A stretch of 64,000 nt of DNA from Guillardia theta CCMP2712. Taxonomy: Eukaryota; Protista; Cryptophyta. The stretch is taken from positions 217,867 through 281,866 of the forward strand of contig NW_005434633.1 in NCBI RefSeq assembly GCF_000315625.1, given 5' to 3'. A program made the position numbers and the translations under genes. Every line of letters begins with the position of its first letter. Positions within the stretch are counted from its first letter, which is position 1. This document shows positions 53,554 through 64,000 of this stretch, piece after piece. The notes beneath the pieces were generated by a model. It saw only the letters and a program-made list of their open reading frames with translations. It was not told the origin of the DNA and did not search any database.

Positions 53554-56500
53554 ATGGGGGTGTGTGGTCTGTTGAGCTTCATCCAAATGATGAGCCCCTC
53601 GATCGGCAAGTCTATGACTTTCCAGAGGACGACAATGCAGGACTCGAGGACGAGCAACACTCTCCTCGTCGATGGCATCGCGTTCACGTATCACTTGTTC
53701 CACCAGGCAGATCACTCGCCATGGTGGTCGGGGGGAGACATGAGGAGGTTTCAGGTGACGATCGAGGAGTTTGTAACGAGGATGAGGGAGTTTGGCTTCG
53801 AACTGAGATTCGTCTTCGACGGGATGGTCGACCCTATGAAGTACGACACTGTCATGGACCGGTTCCGGCAGAACACTGAAAAGGTTGAGTCTTTCATGCG
53901 GTCAGCTCAGTGGAAGTCGGTGGGTGAGAGGGACAGGGGGAAGTTTGTGCTGCCGTTCGGCGTCATCGACTGCATGATGGATGTTCTCAAGGCTCGTGGG
54001 GTCTCGTGTCGAAGATCGCTGTATGAGGCGGACGGGGAGCTGGCGGAAGAGTGTCTGCGAACAAGCGCGTTCGGGGTCCTCTCGAACGATTCCGACTTCC
54101 TGTGTATGAGAGTTCCTTTCGTGCCGCTGAACGAGATGATGATGGATGAAAATACGTTCCAATGTGTCATCTATGATCCTGTCCAGGTAATGTGCTGCTG
54201 ATGAGAATGATGGACATCGAGTCAGCTCCTGAATCTTTTGTTTGTTGTCGTGCTCTCATGATGTTTGTTTTGTTTTTCTGATTGAATCTTTACAGGTGTC
54301 AAACTGTGTCGGAATCGCTCAAGAGTGTCTTCCTATGCTTGCTTGCATGTGCGGAAATGATTTCATCAAACGGGAAGATTTGTTCAGTTTCCATGAGAGT
54401 TTGGTCCCACTCTCTCGTTCCAATCGCAACTGGATGGTGAGTTTGGAGCTCACAATGAAGTTGTTATTATAGGATGAAAGCCCCAACTGCATGAATTACT
54501 TTTTGAGCTCTCTTTGCTTGTCTCTTTCTTCAGCCCATACACGAACGGCAATCTTTGTCGTGTCGTTGCTTTTGCACAGCAACGAGTGATTTCATTGTGT
54601 ATCTCTGTTTGCCTGCATGGGAATGTCTTCCATGACATGCAATGACCCACTGACTTTCACGTCAGATCATCAGAGAGGTTGCAAACGTCCTCAGGTCCAT
54701 CAACACATGGGACATCAAGGGCGACCCGAGTCCGCAAGACGACATGGTGAGACTGCCTCGTTGGTCTGACTGGCTGACCTGACTGCAGAATCTGGTGAGA
54801 AGGATGTTCAACGTGCTGGAGGAAGGAGAAGCGGGGCAGAAACTCCAGCTGGTCCAGTCAGTCCGTAGGAAGTACCTGGTTCAAGCAGCGCCAAAGCCTC
54901 CCTCGCAAGCAGACCCTGGAGCTGCGGATGAGTGCTTCAGTTACCTGCAAACCAACTTCGCGCAGTCTTGTCTCCATCAGGACATCTTACAGATCTTCTC
55001 ACATCAACAACTCTGGTGCAGATTGTCAATTGAGCATAATCCCCCCAACCTCCTCCACATGGTTCGAACCTGCTGACCTCCACCCCGGCATGACTTTGTG
55101 CCAGGGAGCGCACCAGAGGTCTTCTCGGGTGAGGAAGCGACTTGTTTCGTTTGTGCTGGGCAAAGTGAAAGGAGAAGAAATGATGGACGATGGAGAATCG
55201 TTTGTGTTAGAGCACTGGCAGGTATCCTCCTCCTCCTCCTCCTACAACCCCCCCCCTCCCCCGCCCTCCAGCCGGGTGCGGGGCTGAGGGCTGAGGGCCC
55301 CTTCCTCCTTCCTCCTTCCTCCTTCCTCCTCCTCCTCCTCCTCCTCCTCCTCTCGTTCCTCTCCCTCCACCTCTCGACATCTGATTGTTCTTGACTCAGT
55401 GGGGGTCCGAATATAGAAGGTCAAGACTCAAGCTCGCCGATCTTCCCTACGTCAAGACGAGCATGCGACAGAGTTTGCGGCTGTCAGATCAGCAGAGGCA
55501 AGAACTCTTCCTTGAACTGGTGGAGATTCCATCTGCGATCAGAGAAGATTTCATCAAGGGAGTTGGCACACATCAACATTCACCATCCCCAGCTCTCGGG
55601 CAGCAAGACTTTCTGCTTCTCGCTGCCCTCTACGTGTTCTTCAGATCGGACAGGTCGAAGATGCCGCAGATGAAGTTTCGTCTCTTTTCTGCTTTGATAG
55701 CGACTTGCTGCTTGCTGGAAGAGCACTTCAAAGAGTTGGAGAACTTGAGATCTCAACGTCCAGATGACGAGGGAGACGTTGCTTTCAACGTCATGCTCAC
55801 AAACTTGTCTCAATCCTTTCTTGTCCACTTGTCAATGATCAATGCGGTCAATGACGCCCTCCAACGGCCTTTCCCCTATCAGCATCTCTGCCTTATCAGC
55901 CCTTGGATCTTGCAGGTGCAAGTGAACGAGGCAGCGAAAGAGACTCAACCCCGTTGCAGGCTCTCATGAGCGATGGAAAAGATATCTTGTCAGGCATGAA
56001 ATCTTTCGGTGAGTTTGTGACTTGATGTTGCAATCAACATCTTTTCTCTGATGTCTCCCAGGACTTGCAGAACAGCATGTCGAAGGGTGGTTCCAGCGCT
56101 TTCAGACCATTTCGTCTGGTAGCTGGACCCCCTTTTGTGTTATCGCTGATTGTCTTGTTGGTTCAGTCTTGAATGTGGAGAAATTGTGCCGGGAGGAAGA
56201 AACAAGTAAGACGACTGCAAGAGCTAAACAAGACAAGCCAAAGAGAGCAAAGAATGATGTAAGTTTTCAAGTGTTACATACACCATTGAGTGTAGTTTTC
56301 ATCCTGCGAGATGTTCTTGAAGACTTGTCATTCTGATTTTGAATTTTTCTCTTGTCCTATCTGCAGCATCCAAACACAACACAGAAGCCTTCGACTGGCA
56401 GCTTGACGTGAGTGACCATGAATCAAGTCGTCAAGGTGTCACGAATTTGACAATCACCCTCAGAGCGCGAAACATCTTCAATATGCTGACGGAAATGGAA

Positions 56501-56940
56501 GGATGACGACAAATTCTGCCACATCACACCACATCGCAAACTTGTACCATCATACAATATCGCAATTCTTTTCTTGGTATTCATTGTAAACAAACAAAGT
56601 ATCTTGAAACCATGACAACAGGTTTTAAGTAATGAAATCATTTCTTCGACAAGTTGATATGTTGCAATCCTGTTTTCCTTTCACAATATTCCGTTCATCG
56701 AACTTCGGCTAGAAAACAAGCTGGCAAACTCATCTGAGTTTTGCATGTTTGCCTCCAAGAGCTTTTGCCTGCAGGAAGAGAACAAGTCACCCCCCAGAAC
56801 TTGACAACCACATCTCGACACAACAAATCTTGAAACAACACACATACAGCACAGACACTCCTTCGGCAGGAGATCAAGGGATGAGAGTTCTTATCAGCCA
56901 GCCGTCTACATTCAACACCAAGGGACGATCCTATTCATGA
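53554..56940 (+). CDS. FAM120/Asteroid-like XPG-type PIN domain protein, multi-exon
   Basis: MGVCGL start, LLVDG, FVFDG, EADGELA, LSNDSDF, LACMCGNDF; 3' end uncertain. Confidence 0.8.
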
Positions 56941-56989
56941 CAACTCTGACTTACCTCAGCGAGTATCCGTTGCGATATTGCGAGGAGCT

Positions 56990-58360
56990 CAGCTGAGAGT
57001 TGAGATCTCGGGGGTCCGTGGAAGGGAACGCCAGCTGCTCTTCAGCTGGATCGGTTGGAACATGCTGCGTCCCCACGAACTGGGAGGTTTTCAGGCTCAT
57101 GCCAGCTTGCAACAACATATCCCTCAGCTCCTGCGTATCGAGAATGAGGCGAGGGAAAGAGAAGGAGAGAGGGAGGAAGAGAGGAACATAAGCAATGAAG
57201 GACTTGTTTTCCCACCTCGCTGACCATCCTCTTTCTCAGCTCGTTGAGGTGGTCTTTAGATTCCGCTTTGAAGATGACGGTCACCTCTAACGAGGTAGAC
57301 AGCAGCCGTCGGCCCATCCTCTCCCTCACATCTGTTGCCTGCACGTCCTCTATGGGAAGGTCAAGGGCAGCTGCGACTGCCTCCTCCAGCATAGACTTCT
57401 TTGTCTTGGACCACTCAGCAGCATTGGCGTCTGAAGGAGCAGAATGATTAGGGGTGGAGGAGGGAGAGAGCAGAGAGATAAAGGTTGATGGAAAGAGAGA
57501 GCGAGTTCAATGTGAGGCGAGGGCAGGAAGCATGGAAAATGAAGCAAGAAGCAAGAGCGGGAAGCGGGAGGGATGGTTGATATACCGGAGATGGTGATGG
57601 TAGAAGAGTACCAAAGGGGCCCCTTGTCGCTCTTCTTGGACGGGCTTGGCATGTTGGTGATGTCCGCAAGGGAACGAGGGTGGGGCCGAGCATTTCTCGA
57701 CTTGTGGGATCTGGATATGTTCTGACCGTTGGAGGTGTAGAGACTCATGCTCTGATCCAGCCGCGAGTCTGCGGACGAGGATGTGCCGACGAAGGCTGGG
57801 ACGTCGAAGGCAAAAGTGCTCCTCCTGTCGCCGTCAAGGGATGAGACGGGCAGGTCAACAGAGCTGCTGCTCCTTCTCAACGAAGCTGAAGCGTCTTCAA
57901 ACATGGAATGACGGGAATTCCGCTGATCTGGCTCGTTGCCGTCTGCCTCAGGAAGTCTGATGCTGAAACGATATGATGATGATGTAGGGGAGATGGAGGA
58001 GGAGGAAACTCGCCCTACCCTTTGCGATTGTTGACCAGAAAAATTGATCGTGGCTGGTGTTTCCGTAGGTCTCAGTCCTACGAACTTACTGATTTTCTGT
58101 GAAGTTTCCTCCTCACCCATGAACTTCCGATGCGTCATGGTCTGAGGATGGTGTACCTGCCTTTTCTTCATCCTGTCCCACCAGTCGGGATCATTTGGAT
58201 GCTCAGCTTTACGTTTCTTGGGCATATTGACTTCCATCCATTGATGGTAATTTCTTGCTTGCAGGCAGTTGAGGTGGTTGACACCTTCCTCAACTATGTT
58301 ACTCCTGCTATTCTCATTACCCATGCCTTCTGAACTTGTCTGTTGATTTCCTTGTATCAA
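56990..58360 (-). CDS. Hypothetical multi-exon protein with C-terminal RRLL-motif region
   Basis: ORFs 57350..58360 and 57042..57392 (AVAAALDL..DV...RRLLSTSLEVTV). Confidence 0.55.
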
Positions 58361-58929
58361 AATGTGATAGTGGTACGAAAACCGCCTTGCTTAGCAAGCA
58401 CTTGACTCCTCCTCCACCACCTCCACCACCTCCTCCACCTCCTTCCTCGATGCCTTCTCTTATATCCTGCTCCTCTCTCACTGTCACTCTCCTCGCTTGT
58501 CCTGCTCCTTCTCGCTCCTCCTCTTGCGATCGCGCTCGTTTTCCTGTTCCCTTGCCCCTCGCAACCGTTTCCACGCCTGTTTGAAAAAATGTTGGGTACC
58601 CCTACCCCCATTTTTTAGCTAAAACAATTTTTTCGGGCAGTGGTGGGTCTGAATACAGCCACTTGGGGAGGTTTGTACCAGTCGTGCGGCACGACGTTGT
58701 CAGGGTTCCACTAGCGAAAGAAGAGGTCGGGGATGACGATGTCCATATGCGCACTCCATATGCGCACATGACTTGATTGCTATCTCTTTGTCATCAAGAT
58801 TTCATAGTGTCTGAATGACAGTGTCTGAATGACAGACGGAGAATGGAAAGACATCAGATGATGATTGACAGCGAGATTTATTGAATGTGCGCACATGTAT
58901 CCGAAGCATCAAGATCCATCTTGACGTTA

Positions 58930-60905
58930 TCAACTTGATCGTGTCTGCAACGATGATATCAAACTTTCAATCTCTTCCATCAACCGCTTTCTGCATTCAA
59001 GGAAACTAGTCAGCGGACGGAAGAACAAAGGCGAGTCGCTGAACCTGTCCATTGACATCTCCCCGTGGGCGCTGGCATTGAGAGTCGAGGATATGTTCAT
59101 ATTGGCGCCTCGCTTCTCTCCGCCCATGTACAGCATGCTAGATGGCTCGTCTCTTGACCTCGGAGGAAACTCTTGGAACGGAGATGATAACCCTGCATGA
59201 TACCCGCCGCCTTGAGCTGGTGCTTGCTCGAAGCGACGAGGCGAGTCTGAGAAACAGAGTGAGTGAGACTGAGCAGATTTCCCTTCCTCCCTCACCCTCC
59301 TTCTTCTGCCAAGCACTCGGCTGCATCCTGGATTCCATTCCTCCCTCAAGATCGGAAGTCCCACGTGGTGCCTCCGTGGCAGTAGAGAAGTTCTCTCGGA
59401 GAGGAGGAATACCTGCGGGGGGGTGATTGAGAAGATGAGATAAGAAAGAACTCCTTCCTACCAGGTCCCTTGAGGTTCGAGACATAGAGATCTGCAGACA
59501 ATCTCGCATTCATCTCCATCAGAGACGAGACCTGCCGTTCTTTGATGTGCAAAGCCGCCTCAAGCTTCGTCCTCAAATCTTTCTCATTCTCACACGCGCT
59601 CAGCAACCTTGTGCTCTCCTCGCACAGTTTTTGAAACTGCATTGAAGACAAAGAGTTCTGTTCCTCCAACTTGCGATATTCTTCCTCCAGGCTCTGCTTG
59701 GAGGACAACAGCTCGGCTTCCCTCTGATTGAAAGATGCCTCCATGTCAACAACCTTCCTTTGAATGTCCTCCATGCGCTTGTATGCATCATCTTTCTGGT
59801 CGTTGAGATCTTGATTCATCTTTTCCTTCTGCTTCAAATTTTCTGCGAGCTCAACGATCTTCGCCTCTGCATCTTGCAACTTTTGATGGTAATCTGATGC
59901 CTCCTGCTTCAATTTAAGAAACGCTTGCTCGTTTGCTGCAAGATGGGAACTGTTCGATACTTTTTCCTGCTCATGCTCTTCTATCAGGGCATTCAATCTG
60001 GATTTAAATCTTTCGATCTCCTTTTCAAGATCGCTATTCAGGTTCTGTAAAGATTTCGAGTGCTCTCTTTCTCTCTCGAGAGCTTCATCAAGTCTGTTTA
60101 TCTTGTTTTGGAGCCTCAATTCCTTCTCAGCAAAGTCTTCAACCTCGTCTTTGTACCTCTGGATGAGTTGATACTTGTTTCGTAGGCTCTCTAGACTTTC
60201 CTCGAGCTGGGAAACTTTGACTTGAAGACAGTTCTTTGCATGCTCAGCGTTCGCCAGGCTTCGCATGTATTCGTAATTCTTCTCCGTGGCTTCAGACAGG
60301 GCACTCTGTGCCGTTGATTTCTCAGCTTTTTCTCGTTCGAGGGAATGCATGAGCTCTTCTCGATCAGCCGTTAGGGCTTGCAAGCGATCCATCTGCCCAC
60401 GAACTTGCTGCTCAGCAATCATCTTCGCCTGCGATTCCTCCTCGATCTGACGCAGGGCTTGTACCAGCCTCTCGCGGCATCCCTCCTCCACACTCAATCG
60501 CTGCACATTTCTCTCAGCCTCAATGAGCCTGTCCTGCAGCTCTCGTGTCTTGCTCTCCTGATACAGGTTGCGCTGTTGTAGCTCTTCGACTTGCAATCGA
60601 AGCGCCCTGTTGTCTTTGTCGTACCTCTCAATCGCGTTCTGAGTGTTGTCACTAACTTCATCGTATCTCTTGCGCTCCCGTTGAAGGATGGCACTATCAT
60701 ACGCGAGTTTCGACACCTCGTTTTCGATTGACTGCATACACTTCTTTTTCATTTCGATCGAACGTGTTGTGATCATGTTTTCCATCAGAGATCGAATGAG
60801 CTCAACCGAGGTTTCTTGCCATTCTTGGCCAGGCGGTTTGCGGGCGACAGGCCTTGCTGACGCTAATCTCTTCGAATTTTGCAACGTGCTCATTGTATTC
60901 ATCAT
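58930..60905 (-). CDS. Long coiled-coil protein
   Basis: 519 aa E/K/Q/L-rich ORF plus short downstream exons. Confidence 0.75.
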
Positions 60906-61390
60906 GACGATTCACCGAGAAGGAGGAGACAACCAGGAAATCTAAGAAAAACAAATGCCTTGATCTCAGAACTCCCCTTGCATCTTTCTGTAGCCCTTCA
61001 GCTCCTGGTCTGCGGCTGCACTTGTTCCCGGTCACTCTCTCTTCTCACTTGCTGGCTGTCTCGCTCGCTCTCGCTCTCCTCCTCTCACACCTTCCTCTCC
61101 CTCCTGCCGGTCCTCGCCAAAACCATCGCAGGTTTCAAACGGTCAATGCTACCCCTCATCTCCGCGCAGTCCCGCGCGGAGTCAAGTGGGGGGATGAGGG
61201 TACACGGCTTGAGCGGCGGCAATGCAGGGAAGAAGGGAATCCTTGAAGGGCGAGATGGTGGCGGTGGATGAGAAGAAAGGAGGGGCCGTAGAGTATTGAA
61301 GGTAGGGACAGTAAGGATAGAAGCCTGGAGGCCAGGGAAACTTGCAGTAAGAGCGGAGGATTAGATTTGAGTCGTTGCAAGAAGGGAATC

Positions 61391-62689
61391 ATGAAGATGT
61401 TACTAAGGTGCAAGGTGAAAAAGGCGTTGACGATTATCGAGATCGTTCTCATCTTTCTTCTCGCTTCTGCTCTTGCAAACATTGATGATTCGGAACCTGA
61501 CGTCGAGCATAACCTGATACGGTCTAAAAGAGAGAAGCTCTCCCCACAAGACGGAGGTCACTCGTTCATGCACGAGTACCTGAAGGAGACGTTCCAGTTC
61601 GAGATTGAGCCGGATCCCCCCATGAAAAGCAAGGAATGGTTTGAGGGATTGGAGGCAGCCTGGGAGAAATTGAACGAGGAATGGGAGCAAAAGCAGTTGC
61701 GACAACAGGAAACAGATTCGGCAGGTCCAGATGACCACGTAGAAGGCAGCTTCTTGGATAATCCTGTGAACGAGATCCAGAACCCGGCAGAAAAGTTTTC
61801 GACTGGAGGTGCTGATCCATACATGAATATTGGAAGGCTGTCTCATCTCGCCAGGTTAAGGGGAGATAAAAATGCTTCCTTCTGCTATCAAGGACTCCCA
61901 GATGCTCCTGCGAAATTCGACTTCGAGGGTAGAGGCAACTGGAGCGAAGAGAGAGACAAGAGGAGTGGGTGGACTCTCCTCGGTCAGGAATATTGGGGTG
62001 AGAACTTTGAGCTCGAAGGCACTATGAATGCAAACACAGATCCGTGGTTCTGTGCGGAACAAGCCGACAACTCAGTGGGTCAAATCTACCAAGGAGAGTG
62101 GGTCGATAAGACTGTTGAAGAGCGTGTACAGATGCAGCTCAAAAAAATGGAAGAAATGTACAAAAGAGATGAAGGAAACAAGACGGAAGTCAACTACACA
62201 GGCTATCAAGATAGTCTGGATCCGGAATGGGACAAGTTTATTTATGAGCACATCGACAGGCCATTGTACATGACAGATCCCGTTCGATTGAGCTCAGTGT
62301 TCGAATCGGGGAACACGTGGGCTTTGAATGACAGCTATGTTGGAGATGCTGAATGGGACCCTGTCTTGCCAGAACGAGTCTGGACAATGAATTCCAAACA
62401 CACACTCTCTCTAAACACATTTCGAAGTGCATCAGCTATCCAGGAGGAATTCTACGAAGATGCCGGTTGGCTGGAACCAAATGAGGATAGGCATCTTGAT
62501 GTCAAGAGCTCTCCAGAAGATGACGACGGTGGTGATGGCGACCTGCCCTACGGCTTCATTCGTGTGCCACTGCCATACAGACCACCCGTGGCCGGTGACA
62601 TGGGATTTGGACGATTGGGAAGGTGTATACGAGGACTATGCCCTCGTGCTCCCTATGTCAGAGTCTCAAAGCTGCGCTTGAATGCGTGA
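61391..62689 (+). CDS. Hypothetical acidic, Trp-rich secreted protein
   Basis: Long ORF with signal/anchor IIEIVLIFLLASALA; 3' end may be spliced. Confidence 0.7.
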   Translation: MKMLLRCKVKKALTIIEIVLIFLLASALANIDDSEPDVEHNLIRSKREKLSPQDGGHSFMHEYLKETFQFEIEPDPPMKSKEWFEGLEAAWEKLNEEWEQKQLRQQETDSAGPDDHVEGSFLDNPVNEIQNPAEKFSTGGADPYMNIGRLSHLARLRGDKNASFCYQGLPDAPAKFDFEGRGNWSEERDKRSGWTLLGQEYWGENFELEGTMNANTDPWFCAEQADNSVGQIYQGEWVDKTVEERVQMQLKKMEEMYKRDEGNKTEVNYTGYQDSLDPEWDKFIYEHIDRPLYMTDPVRLSSVFESGNTWALNDSYVGDAEWDPVLPERVWTMNSKHTLSLNTFRSASAIQEEFYEDAGWLEPNEDRHLDVKSSPEDDDGGDGDLPYGFIRVPLPYRPPVAGDMGFGRLGRCIRGLCPRAPYVRVSKLRLNA

Positions 62690-62849
62690 CGTCAACGATC
62701 TCCAATCAGCCAATGCTCTCATGGCATGTTTAAAAATCGTTTGCTTCGGCCAAGGTTAATTGTCTAAAACAGCACTTCAAAATGGTTGTAATGAATATTC
62801 CAATCTTTGTAGATGTGTTCTTGTGCGGTGATATTATGTTGCGCTTCCT

Positions 62850-64000
62850 ATCTGTCCTATCTTCAAAATGATTCCAAGAACTTGACCTATTCTTCGATAA
62901 CTTCCCAGATCAGCCCTTTCTGCTCTTCTTTAGCCTTACTTCTCCATCACTCCCTGTACCGACATCAATTGTTACCACGTTGAGTGCAAATCACCGGCAG
63001 GACTGTCATTGAAACGCTTCCCCTTGCCCTTGGATGCAGGCACCGAATTCTTCGTGTACCTGTTTGCCGTGTCACCACCAAAGGCGGGGGTTGTTCGGGA
63101 AATGGACACCAATGAAAGAGTCTTGACACATCTTCAAGAAGAAGTTTGAACGCCTTGTCTAATCTGTTCCAAAGTCAAATTAACGTAAGTTGCGGCACTG
63201 GCCCACCTGTGGGAAGCTGTCGGAAGGTCGAAACCGATACCTTTCAGGGTTTCGGAGTATTTCTGGTTGACTTGGGTCTTTGGAAGTATCATGTTGCTCC
63301 TTAACAAGACACCCCCTGGCGGAGGAGAGACAATCTTGAGATCGAAAAAAGTCAGACAGAGCAGACAGAATTCTCCTTTGGTCATACTTGCTCGAAAGTG
63401 TCAGATACAATCTTCCCCTTTTGTGATTGCTTCTTCTTTCGCATCATGTTCTCGATCTTTCTGGCTTTGTCCAGAGTCTCTTGTTCTAGCTTTTCTTCAT
63501 TGGCACTCCTTGATAGTGACTCTTCAAAAAGTTTCTTACGTTGTTCCTCGTGCTGAACAGAACAGGTCAGCGACAACTCATAATAAATCCAGATTACATG
63601 GCGATTGTATGGCTTTGTTATCAACACGTTTTCCTCCCCTTCAGAGACAGCTATGTTCCTTGCCTCAGTCAACTTCCTTTGAATGAAATAGAATCTGTCT
63701 TTGAGAATCTCAATAGTGATGTCCCCCTGCAGAAATTTCAGAGGAACGACAACTTGACTTGGCAATCAAACTGATTCCTCACCTCCCATCTGTCTTGAAC
63801 CAAGATGAAATTCAAGTGAAACCTTTCCGCCAACTTCATCAATTCGTCGCTTTGCTGCCTTGTCCAGTCGTCAACATGTAATAATGTTTCATACTCTTCA
63901 TCGCTGTACAGGAGGAGTTGCACTTTCTTATTGAACTTTGCAAACGGGTATTCATCCCATTTCACCCCTTTTTTCTGCCAATGCTTTAGCTCCAGCCCAT
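62850..64000 (-). CDS. DMAP1: DMAP1/SWC4/EAF2 SANT protein, 3' part; gene starts beyond the window
   Basis: LKHW, YPFAKFNKKV..YSDEEY...DWTRQQSDELMKLAERFHLNFILVQDRW, LKDRFY, FDLPT. Confidence 0.9.

Overview
Eukaryotic nuclear DNA with moderate GC, many short (~45-60 nt) GT-AG introns and abundant GGA/CTG/GA microsatellites. The style suggests a cryptophyte alga such as Guillardia theta (inference, not verified). Recognisable genes: a TKL kinase apparently built as PX-kinase-ACBP, a laminin-IV-domain secreted protein, a 5'-truncated TPR-less O-GlcNAc transferase, an ARM protein, a METTL21-like methyltransferase, an AXDND1-like protein, a myosin with a MYND-like finger in its tail, malic enzyme, a FAM120/Asteroid PIN protein and the 3' part of DMAP1/SWC4. 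The most unusual part is 15.5-28.5 kb. An ~11.3 kb block lies between ~830 bp direct repeats that duplicate the 3' ends of two convergent genes. It holds a small GPI-type Cys-rich gene, a giant Cys-rich/EGF pseudogene split by a reconstructable 3.6 kb inversion and a 315 bp TTAA insertion, a non-autonomous copia-type LTR element, and an intronless secreted ORF. Exon boundaries were read by eye and gene ends are approximate.
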